A DNA stretch of 64,000 nt from Octopus sinensis (taxonomy: Eukaryota): contig NW_021832128.1 in assembly GCF_006345805.1 (NCBI RefSeq), positions 62,001 to 126,000 of the forward strand, in the 5' to 3' direction. Below, piece by piece: positions 24,340 to 35,869 of the stretch. The notes below the pieces were generated by a model, which was not told the DNA's origin, ran no database searches, and worked only from the letters and a program-made list of their open reading frames with translations. Position numbers and translations under genes: made by a program. Each line of letters starts with the position of its first letter. The first letter of the stretch is position 1.

Positions 24340-24469
24340 AAAGGGAGCCTCTCTCAACAAGACAAACAAAAATTTCGATGACTGCCTACATGGTAAACAA
24401 AACGATAATAAGTGTTTTAAAAAAAACTGTTAGTAGAATTGACGTCAAAGTTAGATAGTAGGAAGAGAT

Positions 24470-24715
24470 GGGTTAAAGGAATAATAGGTAGGGAACAAGT
24501 GGAGAGGGAAGGGTACGTTGATTAAAAGAATGTTCAAAGGCTTAGGAAAGAATTTCGTTATTGAAGTGGAGTGCACGTTAAGCTAATTGTTCAAACCACT
24601 AGCTTAATGTGCACTCCACTTCAATAGCGAAATTCTTTCCTAAGCCTTTGAACATTCTTTTAATCAACGTACCCTTCCCTCTCCACTTGTTCCCTATCTA
24701 TTATTCCTTTAACCC
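24470..24715. repeat. 116-bp inverted repeat with 14-nt spacer
   Basis: 24470-24585 versus 24600-24715; three mismatches. Confidence 0.95.
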
Positions 24716-24717
24716 TT

Positions 24718-25025
24718 TGTGCATCAGAAAACTTAATTTATGTCTTAACATGCGCAGGTTGCAATAGGCAGTATATAGGCCATACAAAAACAGCTTACAA
24801 AAAAGGATGGTGGTGCATAAATCACAAATCAGAAATCCTGAATACCGGAAAATACCAGTCAGCAGACACATAGATAGATGTGCTTCAAATAAAAATCCGA
24901 AATTTACAACTTGCCCACTTTACAAATTCAGTGACAGCGTAACCTTCACTCAATGCCAAAATAAAGAACTTTATTTCATTAAAAAATTTAGACCAAGTTT
25001 GAACACCCTGGGCCAGGAATATTAA
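24718..25025 (+). pseudogene. PLE GIY-YIG endonuclease fragment
   Basis: CASENLIYVLTCAGCNRQYIGHT..(frameshift)..MVVHKSQI..KELYFIKKFRPSLN. Confidence 0.9.
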
Positions 25026-25059
25026 AACAAAACATTGGTCTTCCGAAAAGAAAAATGGA

Positions 25060-25400
25060 ATTCTACCACAACCACCACAATCACTACGACTGCTTCCACT
25101 ATCACTACTACTACAACCACCATGGTCACTACTATTACTATTTCGATCAACAGTCCTCCACTACTGCTACTGCTGCTACGACCATAGCTTAACTGCTGCA
25201 ACCCCAACCACCACCACGGTTACCACTACTACGACCAACAGTAACTGCTACTACTGCCATTTCAGCCACTGGTCATTCTTCTGCTGCTGCTACTACTGCC
25301 ACAGCTAAGCCACTACAACCAATGAGCTGCTGCAACCCCAACCACCATCACGGTTACTACTACTACGACCAACAATCACTACTGCTACTACCATTTCAGT
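25060..25400. repeat. Degenerate (ACT/ACC/GCT)n low-complexity tract with an internal duplication
   Basis: Direct reading; CTGCTGCAACCCCAACCACCA..ACGACCAACA occurs twice. Confidence 0.85.
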
Positions 25401-25742
25401 CGCGGGTCATTCGAACACAAGAAAGCTAAAAAACAACCACGTGGATCCTGTTGAGACTAGTAAGAAACAATTATGAACTTCTGTATTACACTCAACTTGA
25501 AATTTATAGCTATTATACCTACTACCGACAAAACACCACCACATGGATTCTATTGAGACCAGTAAGAAACAATTATGAACTTTTCTATTACACTTAACTT
25601 TTTTAAATATTTTTGATAAGGTTCGTTTTTTCAAGAACTGAAACATGTAAAATTCCTAAGAAAATTAAAATTTATTTAATATAGTGGCATTTTCAAACTT
25701 CTTTTTTACAAATATATATCCACTCGTATACGATCTACACTT

Positions 25743-27288
25743 CATCATCATCATCATCGTTTAACGTCTGTTCTCCATGCTAGCATGGGTTGGACGGTTC
25801 GACCGGGGATCTGGGAAGCCAGAAGGCTGCACCAGGCTCCGGTCTTATCTGGCAAAGTCTTATCTGGCAAAGTTTCTACAGCTGGATGCCCTTCCTAATG
25901 CCAACCACTCCGTGAGTGTAGTGGGTGCTTTTTACGTTCCACCTGCACTGGTGCCAGGCGAGGCTGGCATCGGCCACGGTCGGATTGGTGCATTTTACGT
26001 GCCACCGGCACGGAAGCCAGTCGAAGCGGCACTGATTCGGCCACGATTCGGATGGTGCTTTTTACGTGCCACCGACACGGAAGCCAGTTGAGGCGGCACT
26101 GGCATCGGCCATGATTCGGATAGTGCTTTTTACGTATCTCCAGTCCAGGGGTCCTGGCATCTGCCGGGTACCAGTCATTGGTTCAATTTCGATTCCGATT
26201 TCACTTGCCCCAACAGGTCTTCGCAAGCAAAGGGGGGTTGGCATAGGTGCCTGTCGTCGGATGAGGTTCGATATCGACTTCGCTTGCCTCAACAGGTTTT
26301 TGTGTGTCCAAGGGAGGAAGGCATGCATAAGTGGGCTGGACTCACTTGTCCTGCCTGGTCTTTTCACGCACAGCATATTTCCAAAGGTCTCGGTCGCTGG
26401 TCATTTCCTCAGTGAGACCTAAATTTCGAAGGTTGTGCTTCACCACCTCGTCTCAAGTTTTCCTGGGTCTACCTCTTCCACGGGTTCCCTCCACTGCTAA
26501 GGATTGGCACTTTTTCACATACCTATCTTCATCCATTCTCGCCACATGACCATACCAGCGCAATCGTCTCTCTTGCACACCACAACTGATGCTCCTTAGG
26601 TCCAACATTTCTCTCAGGGTACTAACGCTCTGTCGAGCATGCACACTGACATTACACATCCATCGGAGCATACTGGCTTCATTTCTCGCGAGCTTACGCA
26701 TGTCCTCAGCAGTCACGGCCCATGTTTCACTGCCATGTAGCATGGCTGTTCGTACACATGCATCATACAGTCTGCCTTTTACTCTGAGCGAGAGGCCTTT
26801 AGTCACCAACAGAGGTAAGAGCTCCCTAAACTTTGCCCAGGCTATTCTTACTCTAGCCGTTACACTTTCAGCACACCCACCCCCACTACTGACTTGGTCA
26901 CCAAGATAACGGAAGCTATCAACTACTTCTAGTTTTTTTCCCCTGGAAAGTGACGGAAGTTGTTTTCTGCAGATTTTCAGAGGTTAATGCTCCCGAGCAT
27001 CTGCTACATACAAAAACTATCTTCCCAGTTAGTCTTCCTTTGACATTGCTGCACCTCTTATGTGTCCATAGCTTACACTGGGTACATCTTATAGAGTTTC
27101 TACCTACACCTTTTCTACAGATCGAGCAGGGCCATCTTCCTGAAGACATTTGTGGATTGTCTACCTTCCTACTTATTAGTACTTTGGTTTTAGCTAGGTT
27201 GACTCTAAGGCCCCTCAATTCTAGACCCTCCTTCCACACCTGGAACTTCTCCTCCAGTTCTGATAGTGACTCAGCAATTAGAGCAAGA
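25743..27288 (-). mobile_element. RTE LINE 3' part with complete 3' UTR
   Basis: ALIAESLSELEEKFQVWK, zinc-finger-like WPCSICRKGVGRNSIRCTQC, LRVKGRLYDACVRT, (CAT)n tail; ~65-bp tandem units at 25925-26135. Confidence 0.95.
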
Positions 27289-27609
27289 CACACACACAGA
27301 TAGATACATATGTGTATATATATATTTAATTTATATTTATGGATTTATGGGTTACCCTTCTCTTTTTCTTATTAATATTACCTAACGTATTTATTTACCT
27401 GAAATATGTCCTTAATTCCACATATATTATTAATTTATCAGATATATGTTCTTAATCCCACATATATTATGTAAAATACTCTTTGGTTTAAACCTGTTTA
27501 ATTCTTTATTATTTATCTCATATCTTAATCTGTATTGATAATAATATTTTTATTTAACAAAATTTAATGTATTATTAGTACATCCTTTCAATAGCATATT
27601 TATTATTTG

Positions 27610-28421
27610 GGATCTTTTCCTTTTGAACGGCAGTTTTCAACACAATTTCTAGTTAACTAAACACTTTTAAACTTCGTATACTGGTAGAATGTTTATAAAA
27701 CATCTTTTTTTCTTGGCTTTATTGAGAAAATTCTATATGTTGTAACATATTTCGACTTTAATTTCGAGCATTTCGGCAATTTTAACCGCTGACCTCCCTT
27801 TGGGGTGAAAACATTCCGTGCTGTATGAATATGTCCCTCGTTTAAGAAACAGATTGGGTTTATTTACATTTGCGAAGAAAAAAAGATACCCTTCCCCCAC
27901 CCCTAACCATAACTCTAAACCTAACTCTAAAATAGATTGAAATGCAATAGATCGATACTAGGGTTATAATTATGGGTGACAATTTCATTTGACACCGCTA
28001 GAAAAAAATCCCATTTTCCGTAGCGGTGTCGTATGAAATTGTCACCCATAATTATAACCCTAGTATCGATCTATTGCATTTCAATATATTTTAGGGTTAG
28101 GGTTATGGTTATGGTTAGGGTTAGGGGTGGGGGAAGGGTATCTTTTTTTCTTCGCAGATGTAAATAAACCCAATCTGTTTCTTAAACGAGGGACATATTC
28201 ATACAGCACGGAATGTTGTTTACGTCAATGGAGGTCAGCGATTGGTCAAAATTGGCTAAATGCTCGAAATTAAAGTCGAAATATGCTACAACACATAGAA
28301 TTTTCTCAATAAAGCCAAGAAAAAAATGTTTTATAAACACATTCTACCAGTATACGAAGTTTAAAAGAGTTTAGTTAACTAGAATTTGTGTTGAAAACTG
28401 CCGTTCAAAAGGAAAAGATCC
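27610..28421. mobile_element. Foldback-type non-autonomous DNA transposon with telomere-like internal repeats
   Basis: Arms 27610-28000 and 28021-28421, 20-nt spacer, termini GGATC...GATCC, flanks ATTATTTG / ATTCTTTG (7/8, putative 8-bp TSD), CCCTAA/TTAGGG-like tracts in the arms. Confidence 0.85.
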
Positions 28422-28955
28422 ATTCTTTGTTAGGTTTAATGTTAACTCTTTTATTTCATTTTATTTATTTAACTTATTGTTTCGTCTATTTATAATCTTT
28501 GTATAAAATTACATTTTGCATATACGTTGATCTACCTAATTAAATGCATGTTAAGTCGTATGACATACTCTAGTTAGCTTATGATAATTTAGAACTTTTG
28601 GTAAATCTCATATTATCTCCCCTTAACTGTTTTGCACAGTGTTCTACGATTCATGCTTATATATACAAAAGAGAATGGCGGAGTTTATGAACTGGCTTCA
28701 TTGCGTTGTTTCTGATGTATAATTATGCTTATTTCTCAATTAGTCTTATTATTTCGTATATAATACGTCTACTTATATACGAACTATATAGTTATGCTTA
28801 TACCTATTTCTTTCCCCCCACTAATTATAAGCGTTAGACTCCTCATACACATGCAGGTACATTCTCTCTCTTAATCCTGATTTATCATTAACTTTTTTAT
28901 TTATCCTCACTTGCTTTTATTCATTTATTTTATATTTTATATTATATTTTGTACA

Positions 28956-29110
28956 AGTAATGTGTGAAAGAGAGAGATAACTGATTTTTTACTCGGTGTG
29001 TGTGTATATGTATGTATGTGTGTGCATGTATCTATGTATGTGTGTGTGTGTAAGTATGTGTGTGTGTGTATGTATGTATGGCCGATTCATCGTAATTACG
29101 ATGAATCGGC

Positions 29111-29142
<32 letters not shown>

Positions 29143-30193
29143 TACATACATATACACACACACTGAGTAAAAAATCAGTTATCTCTTTCTTTCACACATT
29201 ACTCTGTCTCTTCACACACACTAACAGAAGCACTTCACTTACACAACATACTGTCTGTCTCCCACACCCCATCAAACACACACACACACACATGTACATC
29301 GATGCTTCCCCTAGACGGTAACTTCAAAGAGAAACTTCCTCGTCATAAAATCGCTTCCTCTTAGTCTCTTTCGCTCTCATTACTTATGTAAAAAAATAAA
29401 AGTTTTTTACGGAAATCGACGGAAAACGTGCTACGACATGCGAAACATCGCCCATTGATGTACATGTGTGTGTGTGTGTGTGTTTGATGGGGTGTGGGAA
29501 ACAGACAGTATGTTGTGTAAGTGAAGTGCTTCTGTTAGTGTGTGTGAAGAGACAGAGAGAGTAATGTGTGAAAGAGAGATAACTGAAAATTTTTACTCGG
29601 TGTATGTGTATATGTATGTATGCATGTATATGTGTGTGTGTATGTATCTATGTGTGTGTGTATGTATGTATGGCTGATTCAGTGTAATTTTTTACTCGGT
29701 ATATGTGTATATGTATGTGTGTGTGTATGTATGTATGGCCGATTCAGTGTAATTTTTTACTCGGTGTATGTGTATATGTATGTGTGTGTGTATGTATGTA
29801 TGGCCGATTCAGTGTAATTTTTTACTCGGTGTATGTGTATATGTATGTCTGCATGTATGTGTGTGTGTATGTATCTACACATACACCGAGTAAAAAATTT
29901 CAGTTATCTCTCTCTTTCACACATTACTCTCTCTGTCTCTTCACACACACTAACAGAAGCACTTCACTTACACAACATACTGTCTGTCTCCCACACCCCA
30001 TCAAACACACACACACGCGCGCGCGCACACACACACACACATGTACATCAATGCTTTGATAACTTCAAAAGAAATTCCCTCGTCATAAAATCGCTTTCTC
30101 TTAGTCTCTTTCGCTCTCATTACTTCAAATGTTCCCGCAAGGCCATATGTAAAAAAATAAAAGTTTTTTACGGAAATCGACGGAAACGTGCTA
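28956..30193. repeat. Alternating-orientation array of a ~150-bp unit, with 65-bp-period tandem units
   Basis: Unit forward at 29162 and 29884, reversed at 29457-29602 and partly at 28956; GGCYGATTCAGTGTAATTTTTTACTCGGT at 29672, 29737 and 29802. Confidence 0.85.
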
Positions 30194-30596
30194 CTTTCGT
30201 TTTTAACTCGAAATAAATGTAAACATTGAATCGGTCATTCCCGTGACCACATGAGAAAGCTTAATGGGTTGTGCGTGCTCGATCCTCTGTGTGTGAGCAT
30301 GCTCATTCTTGTTTGTGTGCGTGCTTGTTCTGTGTATGTGTGTGTCTGTTCTGTTTTTTTTGGTGGGGGGGATTTATATGTTGTGGAATGTAGAAATAAC
30401 ACACAGAGGAACAAACATGCACACACACACCCGCACACAAACAAGAATAAGCTCGCACACACATACACACACACAGGAACAAGCACGTACGCACAACCCA
30501 TTAGCTTTCTCTTCCCAACTGATAATTGACAAGACAACATGTGGTCACGGAAACCACCGAATTCAATGTTAACATTATTTCGAGTTAAAACGAAAG
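30194..30596. mobile_element. MITE-like element with ~60-bp terminal inverted repeats
   Basis: CTTTCGTTTTTAACTCGAAATA..CGTGACCACATG versus its reverse complement at 30538-30596; second inner inverted pair at 30254-30278 / 30483-30510. Confidence 0.7.
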
Positions 30597-30923
30597 ATCG
30601 CCTTCAGATTTAAAAAATAATTTCAAACTTCGGACACTGGTAGAATGTGTCATATAAAGTATCTTTTACTCTTTGCGTTTTTGAGAAAAGCTTATATTTA
30701 GGAAGTTATTTCACGTTAAAGTTCTCGTATTTCAGTAATTTCAACCAATCAATGACGTGTATTCAGCTGAAAAAAATTACTGCCGTTGTTTGTCAGCAAC
30801 AACTATCGGCGGTGTATTTTTCATTTGTCACTGTTATTTATGATATCGTTCGTGCGTTTGTACTGGTTTTAGCTTTAAGGTTAAGGTTGTCATAAATAAC
30901 AGTGACAAATGAAATATACACAT

Positions 30924-31621
30924 TTGCCAAGCTAACATGGCAGTCCAGAAAAACAGGACGAATGCTGCCAATGATTAGCTCCAAGAGGCCATCACCTCTA
31001 GCTAGCTATGTAACACACGAACCTGTGTCCATTATAATCTTCGAACAGGGGAGGTCAGCCGCTTCCCCTTGCCGGCCTGGCAACTACAGATTAGTTTCAG
31101 GGTATTTGCCCCTTATCAATGTAGAGCAGCCGAACCAGCCAGGTATCGCTACTGACCGTCTGTTCGAGGACTACATAGCTAGCTAGAGGTGATGGCCTCT
31201 TGGAGCTAATCAATGACAGCATTCATCCCATTTTCCTGGACTGCCATGTTAGCTTGGCGATAACTATTAATATCCAGTACCACAGCTGTAGTCTCCTTTA
31301 GAGAGACTTAGAAATATTAATATTTCTATTTTTGAAAACCAGTGGATGTATTCCACTGAATTTAGCCCTCGAACAGACGGTCAATAACGACACCTGCTTG
31401 GTTCAGTTGCTCTACATTGATAAGGGGCAAATACCCTGAAACTAGTCTGTAGATGCCAAACCGGCAAAGGGAGCGGCTGACCTCCCCTGTTCGAAGATTA
31501 TAATGGACACAGGTTAGTGTGTTACATAGCTAGCTACAGATGATGGCCTCTTGGAGCAAATCAACGGCAGCATTCGTCCTATTTTTCTGGACTGCCATAT
31601 TAGCTTGGCAATAACTATTAA
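30924..31621. repeat. Nested inverted repeat A-B-A'-spacer-B'-A'
   Basis: A 30924-31012, B 31013-31169, A' 31172-31260, B' 31367-31522, A' 31523-31611. Confidence 0.9.
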
Positions 31622-31810
31622 AATCTTGATAGTTTTTATGACTATACCCACTATGATTTCTGTCAACTCCCTCAGCCCCCTTCCTAACAGACACTGCTCG
31701 TTGTTCTTTTGGCCTTAGATATACAGAGATTTTATAAACTAGACTATGAATTAAAACAAACACTATAAAACAGTGACAAGCTAGATCTGAAACAAGTCTT
31801 TCTTCCTGAT

Positions 31811-32238
31811 ACCTTAGTAGCTTCTAAGCTGAAGTGAAGACAGCATGTTCTTTATCTATCTCCTTACCTTCTTGGAGGTTTTAGGTAAAATTATACTAAT
31901 GTATCCACCTGTTTTAATTTAATTAAATTCTATGTTTTTATGCAGCTGAGTATTGCTCTGCATTTAAACTGATGTAATGATTGCATTGTTCAATTAAATG
32001 GAGTTGCTTGAAATGATCATACTGCATTACCTCTGGATATCTTTGTTGCTTATTTTGATTTTAATCACCTTATTTTAAAATTGTATGGATAATACCATAT
32101 TAAATTCTGGTGTCTCAGCATAAGAACCTAATTCATCTGAATCTATATATATATATCAGGTCATTCCATAGGTTCTGTCCGATTTTGCTTTTTTTAAAAC
32201 TAAATGAAATTTAATAGTATTTTAGAATGTCTAATGGA
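31811..32238 (+). repeat. Second copy of the 428-bp exact duplication (includes the mariner left TIR)
   Basis: Identical to 22571-22998; breaks 83 bp into the mariner and joins an RTE fragment. Confidence 0.95.
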
Positions 32239-34800
32239 TTTGATGCCCCTGTGCATCTGCTACACACAAAAGCTATCTTCTCAGTTAATCTTCCTTTGAT
32301 GTTGCTGCACCTCTTATGTGACCATACCTTACACTGAGTACATCTTATGGAGTTTCCACCTACAATTTTTCTACAAATCGAGCAGGGCCACCTACCTGAG
32401 GGTGTGTGTGACATGTTCGCCTTCCTACTTACTAGAACTTTGGTCTTTGCTACATTAATTCTAAGGACCTTTGATTCTAAACTTTACTTCCACACCCAAA
32501 ATTTCTTTTCTAGTTCTGGTAGTGATTCTGCTATGAGAGCCAGGTCATCAGCATAGAGGAGCTCCCGGGGGCAACCCGTCTTGAATTCCTCTGTTATTGC
32601 CTGGATGATTATGATGTTTAAAGAGGGCTGAGTGCTGAACCTTGGCGGACCCCAGGAATTCTTCCCTATACTCATTGCCAATCCTAACCTTTCAAACAGC
32701 CTCTCTGTATAGGGCCTGTACAGTCCTTTTTAACCATTCGTCAATCCCCAATTTCAACATTGCTCATGAGATAAGGGATCGGGGGACCCTGTCAAAGGCT
32801 TTCTCCAAGTCCACAAAAGCTAAGTAGAGGGCTTTATCTTTAACTAGGTATTTCTCCTGCAGTTGTCGAACAAGGAATATGGCATCAATGGTGCTTCTAC
32901 CCAGTACAAAACTGCACTGCATCTCATCTTATCATACTCTCTCCCTAATGAGATGGGCTATGACACTCTCCGTGACTGTTAACACCTGATCCAGCAGTTT
33001 GATACCCCTGTAGTTATTTCTATCTAGAGCATCACCTTTACCCTTGTAGCAGTTGACTATGGTGCTGCTACGCCAGTCATTGGGTATGACTCTGTTATGA
33101 ACTACCTGGTTTATAATGCAGGTGACTAGGCCATAGCCCACACCACCGGATTTTTTAGGCATCTCAGCAGTGATTCCTGATGGGCCAGGGGTTTTTCCTG
33201 GCTTCATACCCTTAATTGCTTTATCTACAAGGGAGCTGTCTATTTGCATAGCTGGTCCCTCTACTGGGTCAACATTTGGCAGCTTCTCCTCTTCCCATTC
33301 ATTCTCCACGTTCAGCAGTCTTTCATAATGGCTTCTCCAAGACTCTTTCTTTTCCGAATCATTAAAAGTAAGTGCCCCATCATCCATGCGGACACATTTC
33401 TCTCCTGTAACATCACAATTTTCTCTCACACACTGTCTTGCAATCCGAAATGCCTCAGTTCTTTGGCCCTCACGTCACTGGACATTGGCAAACTTCTTTT
33501 CTACTTCACCCTTGGCTATGTATACCTGCTGCCCAGCCTCCCTTTTGGCTACCTGGTACAGTTCCCTGTTAATCCCACCCTTGCAGGCTTTCCAGGCCTG
33601 TTTCTTTGCTCTAATGGCTTTGTCTACCATACTATTCCACCACCATGTAACTCTAGGTCTGGAAGGGACTTTGCATCATCCTCAGTCTTGGTCTGTGGCA
33701 CTCAGCAAGCTGTCCCGTAGGAATTTCCAGCTACCTTCTATGTCTGATGCCTCCCATCAAATTTCTTGATGAGGATGTCCCTAAATCTCTGACCATGTGA
33801 AGGGTTCTTTAGCTTCCAAATCCTTCTTTTTTGAATTGGTCTGCTTCTTGGTATCCTTCTGGCCTCAAACCTAAAGTCACTAATGACTAACCTATGCTGG
33901 GGGGTACATTCTTCACCCAGGAGGATCTTTGTGTCCCACTGTCTGGTGAAGATGAAATCAATCTGGCTAGCAGAGTTACCTGATTGATAGGTTATCAAGT
34001 GACCGTCTGGTTTCCTGAAATTAGTGTTGCAGATTAAAAGGTTACATGTATCACATAACTCCAGTAGTCTAGTTCCTTCATCGTTTCAGGAACCAATATC
34101 ATGGCCCCCGTGTACACCAGTGAAGATACCAGATTATCACCCAACATGCCCATTAAAATCTCCAGCCACAAAGATGAGGTCATTGCCACTCGTCTTTAAG
34201 GTAGCCTGTAGAAGGGTATCATAAAAATGGTCCTTCTGATCATTTGGTAGGCCCGCTTGTGGAGCGTAGGCAGAGATAATTGTAGCTGTGTTATTCTGCA
34301 GGACTAGCCTAAGCTTAAGCACTCTATCACATACCCTGACAACCTCTTTGACTTTATCTACCCATTTCTCTGCAAGGAGTATGCCTACACCCCCCATTCC
34401 ATCTGTGCTACCTTGCCAGAAGATTTTGTACTTGTGTACCTTGCCTGTGAGGACCATAGCTGAAGCTCCTCTCCATCTTACCTCATGTATGCAGCATACA
34501 TTGACACATCACCTTTCAAGCATCTCTACAATCTCACTAGACCTACCTTTCAGTGTGCCTACATTGACTGTGCCAACTCTGAAAACTGGGAAAGGAATAT
34601 GGGTGAGGCTTGGGGGGGAGAGATGTTATTCACTGCCTGAAAAGAAGAGGGAGGGTGTCATGTTCGTTTTTTAGGCATGCTTCATCTGTTCCTCACTTCC
34701 GACCTGACATCATTCAAACATTCAAGTGTGTTAGGATTAAGATCATAGCCCCTACTAGAGGTAGGATTAGGTGTTAGCGCCATTGTGAGTATAAGCATTA
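32239..34800 (-). mobile_element. RTE LINE 5' part (APE plus RT), 3'-truncated
   Basis: TVNVGTLKGRS, GVGILLAEKWV, ISAYAPQAG, GDFNGHVG, NYRGIKLLDQV, ELLYADDLAL. Confidence 0.95.
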
Positions 34801-34999
34801 TGGTCATCGTAAGGGTGGGGTGATTTCAGACACAGAGAGAGGAAGCAAGTTCATCTATATATACACACAAGCATGCATGCACACAGACACAGGCGAACAA
34901 ACACACATGTACAGCCCATTAGCTGTCTCCTTCAATTGATATGTGCATGGAAAATTACTGGGTAGTTGCTAGAATATTTCTAGATGAAACGAAGGATAG

Positions 35000-35330
35000 T
35001 CAGTTAAGTAGGCGGGCAGCTAACCTAGTTGCGTTTTTTAGGGAGAGAGTGGGGGTGCAGGTAGTATACAGAGAACTGCCCAGTGAGGAGGAGCAGTGGA
35101 GAGAAGAGAATCAGGTAATGGTGGTGGGAGGAGAGAGATATCCAGTGTAGATGGTGAGAAGATAGAGATAAAGATCGGAGTAACGATCAAGATATCCAGT
35201 ATTGGTGGTGGGGGCGGGACAGGGTGGGCGCACTGTGAACAAATGAGTTTAATTTGGGGAAAATGGTATGAGCATCTATCGTAAGTATCAGGGATGTTTA
35301 GTATAGTATACATTCATAGTGTTCATGGCG
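35000..35330 (-). mobile_element. Probable PLE RT relic
   Basis: Pyrimidine-rich sense strand; PQIKLICSQ..PILDILI resembles the PLE RT thumb; highly decayed. Confidence 0.4.
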
Positions 35331-35869
35331 GATGAGAAATTAAACAAGGGAAACGAGGAATGTGAAATTAAACAGGCCAAGAGACAAGTAATTATCCTTA
35401 TTTAATTAGTTAGCTTCTGAGAAAATTAGCTGTTAGTAAAAAGTACATTTAAATAATAAACAATACATTTAAAGAGTTAATGGTGAATGAGTGGTGCGTT
35501 ATTCTAAGGCCCTGGTGATAAAGTCATTTGTGGTAGATGCATTCAAAAGGAGTTTATATTTTGTGATGAAGAATGACTGACTACAAGTTGTATCATCCCT
35601 GACTTGGTAACATGTAACCCAGTACAACCTGTTACGTGGTCAGATCATCAGTGACTAAACTGGCAACCCGACCAAGCTTGCTTAGTGAGGAAGGTAATTG
35701 CTGGACACCCTGCAGGATAAAAAATAAAACCTGTCAAAAGGGCAGAGGAACTCATGAGTAGTCAATGCCCATCCAACAATATGTGTATATGTATATACTG
35801 TTTTATCTTATTTTCATTTATATTTATATCTTAAATTTGATGCATTTAATTTCATATATTAGGGGGAAG

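Noticed and set aside
25440-25600. Two ~55-bp direct repeats with a spacer (CRISPR-like), also 29672-29830 and 60365-60652
   Set aside because: Too few units, spacers are microsatellite or related sequence, no cas genes, eukaryotic context
25743-34800. One RTE split by the palindrome block
   Set aside because: The overlapping parts (26985-27288 versus 32240-32560) differ at many positions, so they are separate copies or subfamilies
35575-35660. Minus-strand CTGATGA with a possible stem II
   Set aside because: GATAC instead of GAAAC and no stem I pairing
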